Shown piece after piece: positions 25,374 through 36,922 of a stretch of DNA of 64,000 nt (positions are counted from its first letter, which is position 1; each line of letters opens with the position of its first letter). Origin of the DNA: Flectonema sp. DT1601 (taxonomy: Eukaryota); the NCBI GenBank assembly GCA_964019425.1, contig OZ025804.1:682001-746000 (forward strand). Reading direction: 5' to 3'. A program made the position numbers and the translations under genes. The notes below the pieces were generated by a model that saw only the letters and a list, made by a program, of their open reading frames with translations, ran no database searches and was not told where the DNA came from.

Positions 25374-25566
25374 GTTAAATGAATGAAAATCTTATCCCTA
25401 GCCCCCTTTTTTTCAATTGTTTTCCTTATTCTTAACCTTTTTCTGTTTGGAAAATAATATTTCAAAATTTTGAAGGAAAAAAAAGTTGCACTAAGAAGAA
25501 AAAAAAAAAAAAAAAAAAACACATGCTTTCCTTTTTTTATTTTTATTTTTTTATACGCAGGGTCCA

Positions 25567-26745
25567 ATGCTCATATGTGTTGTTTTTATTCTTCTTGTTA
25601 ATCAACTAGACCGTCCATCAGGGATATCCAACACCGCACCGACAGGTGATGTAGTTCGGGTTGGAATCTTTGAAGGAGGTAGTACCGGAGTGATAATAGA
25701 TGAGTCAAGAAATATGAGTTTTCTAAACATAGAAGCAAGCAATCTAATGTCTGGATTGCGATACCAAGGGTATGGTCATTTGGGGGGTTGTGCAGGACAA
25801 GGACCGAGATACATATCTGATTTGAATGTACCGTTTTGGGTCGGTTTTGATACCAACGATCAAGGAATAGGTAAAGGAGTCTCATCACATTCAACACTTA
25901 TAGACCTCACTAATACAACCGGTGTTGAGTCAATTGTTATATTCAATGAGAATGATCTGAATAATAGAATCGGATGCAGTGATTTATTCATTCCTGAAAC
26001 ACCGAACTTATATCAATTTCAAACTCTCCATCCGCTAATCAATGCGACTTCATGTACATATTCTGAACTTGGTGATACAGGTCTACCTTACATCAAAGTA
26101 ACAATCGATGTTGGAAGTTCAGTCCCGAATGATTCAGTGGTAGCTGTATCAGCTCGAAGAGGGACTTGCATGTCCCAAGGACCTGTCTATTTGCTGAATC
26201 CTTCTGCTGGGTTGATAGGTTGGAACTCACTGGTCGCTGATACAAAAATTTCAAAACAGTTCGGAGGAATTGCGTTTTCTTTGGGTTCGATCTCCCCGGT
26301 TAGTTTGCGACCAACTATTATTGTATTGACGTATAATGGTGTTTCTGGTTGTTGTCAGCTTCCGATTACTCCTTCTCCAAGTACCATACCTGAAAAAACA
26401 TTACCTCCTCTTATCACTCCTCTTCCTGTTATGCCAACAGCTATTCCTAACAGGGAGATAAATTCTGTGGTGCCGCCTTCACAGTCTTCTTCTTGCCAAT
26501 CCGATGACGATTTTTGTTTTTATCCCACTTGGAAATTAATAATTTTTATTCTTGCTATAGCAGTTACTCTTTTGTTTGGAATTGTTTTTTTGTATTGTGT
26601 TTATAAGAAAAAATCTTCTAAGGGTGGTAAGAGTGATTCACGTGATACAAATGCGAATCCGAAGCAAGCGATTGAAAGTACGGAGCCGCAATATTCACGT
26701 CAACATCTTCCACTTTACTCGGTTAGTCCTGAGAGGGGGTTGTGA
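25567..26745 (+). CDS. Type I membrane protein with two degenerate Cu/Zn-SOD-like domains, Pro/Thr/Ser stalk and single TM helix
   Basis: Signal-like N-terminus. YQGYGHLGGCAGQGPRY...FDTNDQG...SIVIF...RIGCSDL is echoed by GTCMSQGPVY...TIIVL...GCCQL. TM LIIFILAIAVTLLFGIVFLYCVY is followed by KKK. Confidence 0.7.
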   Translation: MLICVVFILLVNQLDRPSGISNTAPTGDVVRVGIFEGGSTGVIIDESRNMSFLNIEASNLMSGLRYQGYGHLGGCAGQGPRYISDLNVPFWVGFDTNDQGIGKGVSSHSTLIDLTNTTGVESIVIFNENDLNNRIGCSDLFIPETPNLYQFQTLHPLINATSCTYSELGDTGLPYIKVTIDVGSSVPNDSVVAVSARRGTCMSQGPVYLLNPSAGLIGWNSLVADTKISKQFGGIAFSLGSISPVSLRPTIIVLTYNGVSGCCQLPITPSPSTIPEKTLPPLITPLPVMPTAIPNREINSVVPPSQSSSCQSDDDFCFYPTWKLIIFILAIAVTLLFGIVFLYCVYKKKSSKGGKSDSRDTNANPKQAIESTEPQYSRQHLPLYSVSPERGL

Positions 26746-26937
26746 TATATTCCATTGTAAGTTTGTTAGCAGATCTGGTTAGGGTCTTTAGATTTCTTCG
26801 TTTTACTGTAGTAGTATTTGATTTTATAAAGGTGGGTGTTGTTGATTCTTGTTTGTTTTTAAAAATATTTTCCCTTCACAGAACAAACACAGTTCAGGAG
26901 ACCTTTTTTTCTCTCCACCCTGAACGATGTTTATAAA

Positions 26938-29040
26938 ATGAGATTCACATTATTGATAGTGATTTTATTCGGGTTGTTAACCCTCAGTCGTGGGATCTGT
27001 CCTAACGGGTTTACGGTAGTTGGGAACGACTGTCTTGCTGTATCTACATCACGACTGTCTTGCTGTATCTACATCACGACTGTCTTGCTGTATCTACATC
27101 ACGGCTGTCTTGCTGTATCTACATCACGGCTGTCTTGCTGTATCTACATCACGGCTGTCTTGCTGTATCTACATCACGGCTGTCTTGCTGTATCTACATC
27201 ACGGCTGTCTTGCTGTATCTACATCACGGCTGTCTTGCTGTATCTACATCACGGCTGTCTTGCTGTATCTACATCACGGCTGTCTTGCTGTATCTACATC
27301 ACGACTGTCTTGCTGTATCTACATCACGGCTGTCTTGCTGTATCTACATCACGGCTGTCTTGCTGTATCTACATCACGGCTGTCTTGCTGTATCTACATC
27401 ACGGCTGTCTTGCTGTATCTACATCACGACTGTCTTGCTGTATCTACATCACGGCTGTCTTGCTGTATCTACATCACGGCTGTCTTGCTGTATCTACATC
27501 ACGGCTGTCTTGCTGTATCTACATCACGGCTGTCTTGCTGTATCTACATCACGGCTGTCTTGCTGTATCTACATCACGGCTGTCTTGCTGTATCTACATC
27601 ACGGCTGTCTTGCTGTATCTACATCACGGCTGTCTTGCTGTATCTACATCACGGCTGTCTTGCTGTATCTACATCACGGCTGTCTTGCTGTATCTACATC
27701 ACGGCTGTCTTGCTGTATCTACATCACGGCTGTCTTGCTGTATCTACATCACGGCTGTCTTGCTGTATCTACATCACGGCTGTCTTGCTGTATCTACATC
27801 ACGACTGTCTTGCTGTATCTACATCACGGCTGTCTTGCTGTATCTACATCACGACTGTCTTGCTGTATCTACATCACGGCTGTCTTGCTGTATCTACATC
27901 ACGGCTGTCTTGCTGTATCTACATCACGGCTGTCTTGCTGTATCTACATCACGGCTGTCTTGCTGTATCTACATCACGACTGTCTTGCTGTATCTACATC
28001 ACGGCTGTCTTGCTGTATCTACATCACGACTGTCTTGCTGTATCTACATCACGGCTGTCTTGCTGTATCTACATCACGGCTGTCTTGCTGTATCTACATC
28101 ACGACTGTCTTGCTGTATCTACATCACGGCTGTCTTGCTGTATCTACATCACGACTGTCTTGCTGTATCTACATCACGGCTGTCTTGCTGTATCTACATC
28201 ACGGCTGTCTTGCTGTATCTACATCACGGCTGTCTTGCTGTATCTACATCACGGCTGTCTTGCTGTATCTACATCACGGCTGTCTTGCTGTATCTACATC
28301 ACGGCTGTCTTGCTGTATCTACATCACGGCTGTCTTGCTGTATCTACATCACGACTGTCTTGCTGTATCTACATCACGGCTGTCTTGCTGTATCTACATC
28401 ACGGCTGTCTTGCTGTATCTACATCACGGCTGTCTTGCTGTATCTACATCACGGCTGTCTTGCTGTATCTACATCACGACTGTCTTGCTGTATCTACATC
28501 ACGGCTGTCTTGCTGTATCTACATCACGGCTGTCTTGCTGTATCTACATCACGGCTGTCTTGCTGTATCTACATCACGGCTGTCTTGCTGTATCTACATC
28601 ACGGCTGTCTTGCTGTATCTACATCACGGCTGTCTTGCTGTATCTACATCACGGCTGTCTTGCTGTATCTACATCACGACTGTCTTGCTGTATCTACATC
28701 ACGGCTGTCTTGCTGTATCTACATCACGACTGTCTTGCTGTATCTACATCACGGCTGTCTTGCTGTATCTACATCACGACTGTCTTGCTGTATCTACATC
28801 ACGACTGTCTTGCTGTATCTACATCACGGCTGTCTTGCTGTATCTACATCACGGCTGTCTTGCTGTATCTACATCACGGCTGTCTTGCTGTATCTACATC
28901 ACGGCTGTCTTGCTGTATCTACATCACGGCTGTCTTGCTGTATCTACATCACGGCTGTCTTGCTGTATCTACACTCAAGACGTTCTGGAATATGTCGACA
29001 TAAGATAGTTGCTTGTGATTGTACGACAAACTATCTGTCT
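26938..29040 (+). pseudogene. Truncated copy 2 of the lectin/multi-TM gene with 25-bp array
   Basis: Same junctions as copy 1; 28981-29040 equals 45203-45262. Confidence 0.8.
27030..28973 (+). repeat. 25-bp minisatellite array 2 (77 full units + 19 nt)
   Basis: Perfect 25-bp phase from 27030 to 28955; the G variant predominates. Confidence 0.97.
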
Positions 29041-29138
29041 CCTACAATTACACCGTAAACATGATTGCGCATCATTTTAATTTAATTTTTTATTTTATTT
29101 TAAATAGACATCTATCGTCCAACAATATAAATAAAAAT

Positions 29139-30599
29139 ATGGAGCTCAGCAGGGTAATCTTGTTGATTATTGGCTGTGTCACTATATTTGCATGCTGGTC
29201 TGCCTCTGCAAAAGGCAGAAGATGCGTCACAGTAGTGGTTAATAGAAATGCAAATGAAGCATTACTTCTAAAGACTCTGACTCAACAAAAGGATCCTGTG
29301 GTCCACTACTCCATACCTCAGGCAACAGTAATTAGAAAAGATAGTTCTGGTCAGGAAGTAGTGTTCTACAGGTATCAAGAAAAGCAATGTGTCGGAGGCT
29401 TTGATCTAGGTCCCGTCGCTTCCCTGGAAGAAGCGTTTGAAACGTGTGCGAAGAAGAAAGTCTGCCAATCGATTAGTTGTCATAACAAAAACGCTTGTAG
29501 GATCACATCTCCGTCATGTATTTTACAGACATCAGTGGCGGATGAGCATGAGGCTTATGTTATTATTGCTAGAACTCCTAATAGGCTTCACTTGTATGAG
29601 AAACTTCTTCAAGACCTTCCTACTACTGAGGTCTTGAAGAACCAAACTGGTCGTCGTTTAGCATCTGGTGAAAAACAAGTGAAGAACATAACGTGGGATC
29701 CTCAAAGCAGTGTTTGGCAGAATGGAAACTTTCAGCGGAATTATTCGGAACTTCCTTACATTGAATTGACGAGCTCGGATCACTTCACAATGGGACCACT
29801 TGTTAACGTAGACCCGATTCATAAAATTGTCATTGTCAGAGTTGCGAAGGTTCAGTCCACAAACGTTTACAGATTATACGACAGACTTGTTGGTCACCAA
29901 GACATTATTAATGATGAAAAAGGTCATATTTGGATGCATTCAAGACAAGCTGAAAATGATCCCCACCGTGAGCGTATCACATTCAAAGACTTAGACACAG
30001 ATACGTGTAATCGTATTATGAATGACCCTTCTTATAGAAAAGTTGTGTTTTTCAGAGATCCTGTTGATCGTTTTCTTTCTTGCTACCTCGATAAGTTCAA
30101 GCGTAAACATTATTCGACCATCTTCGGTCAAGAAGAGGGCACGACGACCTTCGATGAGCTTTTGAGCTTCGTTGATACAGATGGTTTTCCACCATACGGA
30201 GTTGGCCCTGGAGTGAATTATCACTATCAAGCTCAGGTACTTACTTCGAATTTGTTCAAATTTCTCCCTCTCTTCGACTTCATCGGTTGGGGGAATAATG
30301 CTCACACGAAACTGATGTTAGAGAAGTATGGTCTGTGGGATGACTTTGGAAACAAGACTTGGCCTCATGGCTTTATGAAATCGGGAGACAATCATCCCAC
30401 TGGATCTAAAGATAAGAAAGCAACGTACCTTAACGATTCGACAATTAAAATAGCAAAACATGCTTACGATATTGATTATCATTTCTTTCGTCATATCGGA
30501 CTTGAGAAAGGAGGTCCTCCTGTTGATGGCAGTCGTTTGGTTCCATTCTTCTCTCATTGTAGTAATAGAGCCTGTTGGCCTGCTTATCCTGATGCTTAA
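29139..30599 (+). CDS. Carbohydrate sulfotransferase copy 4
   Basis: ATG 29139; 486 aa; FFRDPVDRFLSCY. Confidence 0.85.
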   Translation: MELSRVILLIIGCVTIFACWSASAKGRRCVTVVVNRNANEALLLKTLTQQKDPVVHYSIPQATVIRKDSSGQEVVFYRYQEKQCVGGFDLGPVASLEEAFETCAKKKVCQSISCHNKNACRITSPSCILQTSVADEHEAYVIIARTPNRLHLYEKLLQDLPTTEVLKNQTGRRLASGEKQVKNITWDPQSSVWQNGNFQRNYSELPYIELTSSDHFTMGPLVNVDPIHKIVIVRVAKVQSTNVYRLYDRLVGHQDIINDEKGHIWMHSRQAENDPHRERITFKDLDTDTCNRIMNDPSYRKVVFFRDPVDRFLSCYLDKFKRKHYSTIFGQEEGTTTFDELLSFVDTDGFPPYGVGPGVNYHYQAQVLTSNLFKFLPLFDFIGWGNNAHTKLMLEKYGLWDDFGNKTWPHGFMKSGDNHPTGSKDKKATYLNDSTIKIAKHAYDIDYHFFRHIGLEKGGPPVDGSRLVPFFSHCSNRACWPAYPDA

Positions 30600-31002
30600 A
30601 ATAGTATTTTAAAGCATCCAACTCCCTCTACGTAAAGAGTCGACTTACAAGTAAAACACTATCCTCACGGGGTGTTGTTAGTTGCAAGCTATCAACGGAA
30701 AACAACGAGGAGTCTAACGTGGTCTTGTTCAGATAACGGAGACTAGGAGGATTGAACAAATAAAACGGAAAGAAAATGGAGCAAGAATAAAGAGAACCCG
30801 TGCGTGACAAGGGAGAACACAGATAGCGAGCTATTTACTCTGAGGTTTAAAAAGAAATGGGAAAAAAAGAAAACAAAACAAAACAAAAAAAAACAAAACG
30901 TGATCTTGCGAGCCTTCATGGGCTATAAGTTTCTTATCTTTCATTCGCCTTGGCGACGGGTAATCGTGGGACCTGTAAAACCTGCTCGTGTCTGGCCTAA
31001 AT

Positions 31003-31774
31003 TGCTTCGAAGGCTGCTCTCTCTTCCTCGACGACATGGACGCGTTCCAACTGCACCAGTTGATTAGATGACTATGTGGCCTACTGCTTCGAAGGCTGCT
31101 CTCTCTTCCTCGACGACATGGACGCGTTCCAACTGCATCAGTTGATTAGATGACTATGTGGCCTACTGCTTCGAAGGCTGCTCTCTCTTCCTCGACGACA
31201 TGGACGCGTTCCAACTGCATCAGTTGATTAGATGACTATGTGGCCTACTGCTTCGAAGGCTGCTCTCTCTTCCTCGACGACATGGACGCGTTCCAACTGC
31301 ATCAGTTGATTAGATGACTATGTGGCCTACTGCTTCGAAGGCTGCTCTCTCTTCCTCGACGACATGGACGCGTTCCAACTGCATTAGGTGATTAGATGAC
31401 TATGTGGCCTACTGCTTCGAAGGCTGCTCTCTCTTCCTCGACGACATGGACGCGTTCCAACTGCATCAGTTGATTAGATGACTATGTGGCCTACTGCTTC
31501 GAAGGCTGCTCTCTCTTCCTCGACGACATGGACGCGTTCCAACTGCATCAGTTGATTAGATGACTATGTGGCCTACTACTTGGAAGGCTGCTCTCTCTTC
31601 CTCGACGACATGGACGCGTTCCAACTGCATCAGTTGATTAGATGACTATGTGGCCTACTGCTTCGAAGGCTGCTCTCTCTTCCTCGACGACATGGACGCT
31701 TTCCAACTGCATTAGGTGATTAGATGACTATGTGGCCTACTGCTTCGAAGGCTGCTCTCTCTTCCTCGACGACA
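31003..31774 (+). repeat. 82-bp minisatellite (~9.4 units); 84-bp variants at ~37340-38050, ~40975-41490, ~43873-44115 and a fragment at 12463-12562
   Basis: Unit tgcttcgaaggctgctctctcttcctcgacgacatggacgcgttccaactgca(t/c)cagttgattagatgactatgtggcctac, with internal inverted repeat caactg-nnn-cagttg. Confidence 0.92.
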
Positions 31775-32664
31775 TTACTGAGGTTTAAAGAGAAATGGGA
31801 AAAAAAGAAAAGAAGAAAAAACAGAACGTGACGTGATCTTGCGAGCCTTCGAGCTTAAAACCTGCTCGTGTCTGGCCTAAATTGCTTCGAAGGCTGCTCT
31901 CTCTTCCTCGACGACATGGACGGCATTAGGTGATTATATTCTCCTCGACGACATTACTGAGGTTTAAAGAGAAATGGGAAAAAAAGAAAAGAAAAAAAAA
32001 AAAAAACGTGATCTTGCGAGCCTTCGAGCTTAAAACCAGCTCGTGTCTGGCCTAAATTGCTTCGAAGGCTGCTCTCTCTTCCTCGACGACATGGACGCGT
32101 TCCAACTGCATCAGTTGATTTGATGACTATGTGGCCTCAACTGCCTGTGGCTCGTGCCTGGGCTAAATTGCTTCTAAGGCTGCATTCTCTTCGACGTGGG
32201 CGCGCTCTAACTACACCTATTTTATTTTATTTTATTTTATTTATTTTATTATTTTTTCCTCTATAGTTATCCTCATATTATTTCCTGACAACAATCGGAC
32301 AAGGTGGAAAGCTGACAATAGCATACTGTGTTAAGGATGCCCCGTCAGTAGCATAAAACTATCTGGGTCTAATTACGTTGCTATTGCCTCGTAGCTCTAT
32401 GCTCTCTCGTTTTGCTGAATCAGCGTTTTGCGGGTTTGCGGGTCTGCGATACAGTCCGCAATGTATTGGACTTCCTTATCTATGTATCGATCTTAGCCCG
32501 AAACGAACTTGTTTGTTGTCCTACAAAGTCTTGCTTTTTTTTGATTCACTGATAATTATTATTACCAGTTGATTAGAATACTCGGTATTGATTTAGATTG
32601 TGATTTAAGTTATCTGTTATTGTAGTTTACTCATTCAGGTACACAATAATAATAAAATAAAAAT

Positions 32665-32700
32665 ATGGAGCTTGGCAAGGTAGTGTTTTTAATAATAGTA
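32665..32700 (+). pseudogene. Truncated 5' stub of the type B sulfotransferase (also at 38581, 41932, 44551)
   Basis: atggagcttggcaaggtagtgtttttaataat with the same upstream 100 bp as 12651. It then jumps to the 3' end of the membrane-protein gene, or at 41932 to the sulfotransferase upstream junction. Confidence 0.8.
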
Positions 32701-32935
32701 AATGTTGCCTTCAACGTCTTCCACTTTACTCGGTTAGTCCTGAGAGGGGGTTGTGATATCTTCCATTGTAAGTTTGTTAGCAGATCTGGTTAGGGTCTTT
32801 AGATTTCTTCGTTTTACTGTAGTAAGGAGTTGTTGTTGATTCTTATTTGTTTTTTTTTAAAAATCTTTTTACTTCACAGAACAAACACAGTTCAGGAGAC
32901 CTTTTTTTCTCTCCACCCTGAACGATGTTTATAAA

Positions 32936-35363
32936 ATGAGATTCACATTATTGATAGTGATTTTATTCGGGTTGTTAACCCTCAGTCGTGGGATCTGTCC
33001 TAACGGGTTTACGGTAGTTGGGAACGACTGTCTTGCTGTATCTACATCACGGCTGTCTTGCTGTATCTACATCACGGCTGTCTTGCTGTATCTACATCAC
33101 GACTGTCTTGCTGTATCTACATCACGGCTGTCTTGCTGTATCTACATCACGGCTGTCTTGCTGTATCTACATCACGGCTGTCTTGCTGTATCTACATCAC
33201 GGCTGTCTTGCTGTATCTACATCACGACTGTCTTGCTGTATCTACATCACGACTGTCTTGCTGTATCTACATCACGGCTGTCTTGCTGTATCTACATCAC
33301 GGCTGTCTTGCTGTATCTACATCACGGCTGTCTTGCTGTATCTACATCACGACTGTCTTGCTGTATCTACATCACGGCTGTCTTGCTGTATCTACATCAC
33401 GACTGTCTTGCTGTATCTACATCACGACTGTCTTGCTGTATCTACATCACGACTGTCTTGCTGTATCTACATCACGGCTGTCTTGCTGTATCTACATCAC
33501 GACTGTCTTGCTGTATCTACATCACGACTGTCTTGCTGTATCTACATCACGACTGTCTTGCTGTATCTACATCACGACTGTCTTGCTGTATCTACATCAC
33601 GACTGTCTTGCTGTATCTACATCACGACTGTCTTGCTGTATCTACATCACGGCTGTCTTGCTGTATCTACATCACGGCTGTCTTGCTGTATCTACATCAC
33701 GGCTGTCTTGCTGTATCTACATCACGGCTGTCTTGCTGTATCTACATCACGACTGTCTTGCTGTATCTACATCACGACTGTCTTGCTGTATCTACATCAC
33801 GGCTGTCTTGCTGTATCTACATCACGACTGTCTTGCTGTATCTACATCACGGCTGTCTTGCTGTATCTACATCACGACTGTCTTGCTGTATCTACATCAC
33901 GACTGTCTTGCTGTATCTACATCACGACTGTCTTGCTGTATCTACATCACGGCTGTCTTGCTGTATCTACATCACGACTGTCTTGCTGTATCTACATCAC
34001 GACTGTCTTGCTGTATCTACATCACGGCTGTCTTGCTGTATCTACATCACGACTGTCTTGCTGTATCTACATCACGACTGTCTTGCTGTATCTACATCAC
34101 GACTGTCTTGCTGTATCTACATCACGGCTGTCTTGCTGTATCTACATCACGACTGTCTTGCTGTATCTACATCACGACTGTCTTGCTGTATCTACATCAC
34201 GGCTGTCTTGCTGTATCTACATCACGGCTGTCTTGCTGTATCTACATCACGACTGTCTTGCTGTATCTACATCACGACTGTCTTGCTGTATCTACATCAC
34301 GGCTGTCTTGCTGTATCTACATCACGGCTGTCTTGCTGTATCTACATCACGGCTGTCTTGCTGTATCTACATCACGGCTGTCTTGCTGTATCTACATCAC
34401 GGCTGTCTTGCTGTATCTACATCACGACTGTCTTGCTGTATCTACATCACGGCTGTCTTGCTGTATCTACATCACGACTGTCTTGCTGTATCTACATCAC
34501 GACTGTCTTGCTGTATCTACATCACGACTGTCTTGCTGTATCTACATCACGGCTGTCTTGCTGTATCTACATCACGGCTGTCTTGCTGTATCTACATCAC
34601 GGCTGTCTTGCTGTATCTACATCACGACTGTCTTGCTGTATCTACATCACGGCTGTCTTGCTGTATCTACATCACGACTGTCTTGCTGTATCTACATCAC
34701 GACTGTCTTGCTGTATCTACATCACGACTGTCTTGCTGTATCTACATCACGGCTGTCTTGCTGTATCTACATCACGGCTGTCTTGCTGTATCTACATCAC
34801 GACTGTCTTGCTGTATCTACATCACGACTGTCTTGCTGTATCTACATCACGGCTGTCTTGCTGTATCTACATCACGGCTGTCTTGCTGTATCTACATCAC
34901 GGCTGTCTTGCTGTATCTACATCACGGCTGTCTTGCTGTATCTACATCACGGCTGTCTTGCTGTATCTACATCACGGCTGTCTTGCTGTATCTACATCAC
35001 GGCTGTCTTGCTGTATCTACATCACGGCTGTCTTGCTGTATCTACATCACGGCTGTCTTGCTGTATCTACATCACGGCTGTCTTGCTGTATCTACATCAC
35101 GGCTGTCTTGCTGTATCTACATCACGGCTGTCTTGCTGTATCTACATCACGACTGTCTTGCTGTATCTACATCACGGCTGTCTTGCTGTATCTACATCAC
35201 GGCTGTCTTGCTGTATCTACATCACGGCTGTCTTGCTGTATCTACATCACGGCTGTCTTGCTGTATCTACATCACGGCTGTCTTGCTGTATCTACACTCA
35301 AGACGTTCTGGAATATGTCGACATAAGATAGTTGCTTGTGATTGTACGACAAACTATCTGTCT
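32936..35363 (+). pseudogene. Truncated copy 3 of the lectin/multi-TM gene with 25-bp array
   Basis: Same junctions; the array exits out of frame (…STLKTFWNMST*). Confidence 0.8.
33028..35296 (+). repeat. 25-bp minisatellite array 3 (90 full units + 19 nt)
   Basis: Perfect phase 33028-35278; mixed G/A variants with a G-rich 3' end. Confidence 0.97.
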
Positions 35364-35461
35364 CCTACAATTACACCGTAAACATGATTGCGTATCATTT
35401 TAATTTAATTTTTTATTTTATTTTAAATAGACATCTATCGTCCAACAATATAAATAAAAAT

Positions 35462-36922
35462 ATGGAGCTCAGCAGGGCAATCTTGTTGATTATTGGCTGT
35501 GTCACTATATTTGCATGCTGGTCTGCCTCTGCAAAAAGCAGAAGATACGTCACAGTAGTGGTTAATAGAAATGCAAACCAAGCATTACTTCTAAAGACTC
35601 TGACTCAACAAAAGGATCCTGTGGTCCACTACTCCATACCTCAGGCAACAGTAATTAGAAAAGATAGTTCTGGTCAGGAAGTAGTGTTCTACAGGTATCA
35701 AGAAAAGCAATGTGTCGGAGGCTTTGATCTGGGCCGCGTCGCTTCCCTGGAAGAAGCGTTTGAAACGTGTGCGAAGAAGAAAGTCTGCCAATCGATTAGT
35801 TGTCATAACAAAAGAGCTTGTAGGATCACGTCTCCGTCATGTATTTTACAGACATCGGTGGCGGATGAGCATGAGGCTTATGTTATTATTGCTAGAACTC
35901 CTAATAGGCTTCACTTGTATGAGAAACTTCTTCAAGACCTTCCTACTACTGAGGTCTTGAAGAACCAAACTGGTCGTCGTTTGGCATCTGGTGAAAAACA
36001 CGTGAAGAACATAGCGTGGAATCCTCAAAGCAGTGTTTGGAAGGATGGAAACTTTCAGCGGAATTATTCGGAACTTCCTTACATTGAATTGACGAGCTCG
36101 GATCACTTCACAATGGGACCACTTGTTAACGTAGACCCGATTCATAAAATTGTCATTGTCAGAGTTGCGAAGGTTCAGTCCACAAACATTTACAGATTAT
36201 ACGACAGACTTGTTGGTCACCAAGACATTATTAATGATGAAAATGGTCGTATTTGGATGCATTCAAGACAAGCTCAAAATGATCCCCACCGTGAGCGTAT
36301 CACATTCAAAGACTTAGACACAGATACGTGTAATCGTATTATGAATGACCCTTCTTATAGAAAAGTTGTGTTTTTCAGAGATCCTGTTGATCGTTTTCTT
36401 TCTTGCTACCTCGATAAGTTCAAGCGTAAACATTATTCGACCATCTTCGGTCAAAAAAAAGGCACGACGACTTTCGATGAGCTTTTGAGCTTCGTTGATA
36501 CAGATGGTTTTCCACCATACGGAGTTGGCCCTGGAGTGAATTATCACTATCAAGCTCAGGTACTTACTTCGAATTTGTTCAAATTTCTCCCTCTCTTCGA
36601 CTTCATCGGTTGGGGGAATAATGCTCACACGAAACTGATGTTAGAGAAGTATGGTCTGTGGGATGACTTTGGAAACAAGACTTGGCCTCATGGCTTTATG
36701 AAATCGGGAGACAATCATCCCACTGGATCTAAAGATAAGAAAGCAACGTACCTTAACGATTCGACAATTAAAATAGCAAAACATGCTTACGATATTGATT
36801 ATCAATTCTTTCGTCATATCGGACTTGAGAAAGGAGGTCCTCCTGTTGATGGCAGTCGTTTGGTTCCATTCTTCTCTCATTGTAGTAATAGTGCCTGTTG
36901 GCCTGCTTATCCTGATGCTTAA
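35462..36922 (+). CDS. Carbohydrate sulfotransferase copy 5
   Basis: ATG 35462; 486 aa; motifs intact. Confidence 0.85.
   Translation: MELSRAILLIIGCVTIFACWSASAKSRRYVTVVVNRNANQALLLKTLTQQKDPVVHYSIPQATVIRKDSSGQEVVFYRYQEKQCVGGFDLGRVASLEEAFETCAKKKVCQSISCHNKRACRITSPSCILQTSVADEHEAYVIIARTPNRLHLYEKLLQDLPTTEVLKNQTGRRLASGEKHVKNIAWNPQSSVWKDGNFQRNYSELPYIELTSSDHFTMGPLVNVDPIHKIVIVRVAKVQSTNIYRLYDRLVGHQDIINDENGRIWMHSRQAQNDPHRERITFKDLDTDTCNRIMNDPSYRKVVFFRDPVDRFLSCYLDKFKRKHYSTIFGQKKGTTTFDELLSFVDTDGFPPYGVGPGVNYHYQAQVLTSNLFKFLPLFDFIGWGNNAHTKLMLEKYGLWDDFGNKTWPHGFMKSGDNHPTGSKDKKATYLNDSTIKIAKHAYDIDYQFFRHIGLEKGGPPVDGSRLVPFFSHCSNSACWPAYPDA

Noticed and set aside
11184..35296. CRISPR array interpretation of the 25-, 51- or 82-bp repeats
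   Set aside because: Units are contiguous with no unique spacers, no cas genes are present, and the context is eukaryotic.
16006..35381. Very long ORFs in all three + frames over the 25-bp arrays as genuine conserved proteins
   Set aside because: They follow automatically from a stop-free 25-nt unit, and the flanks are fragments of the intact gene at 44834.
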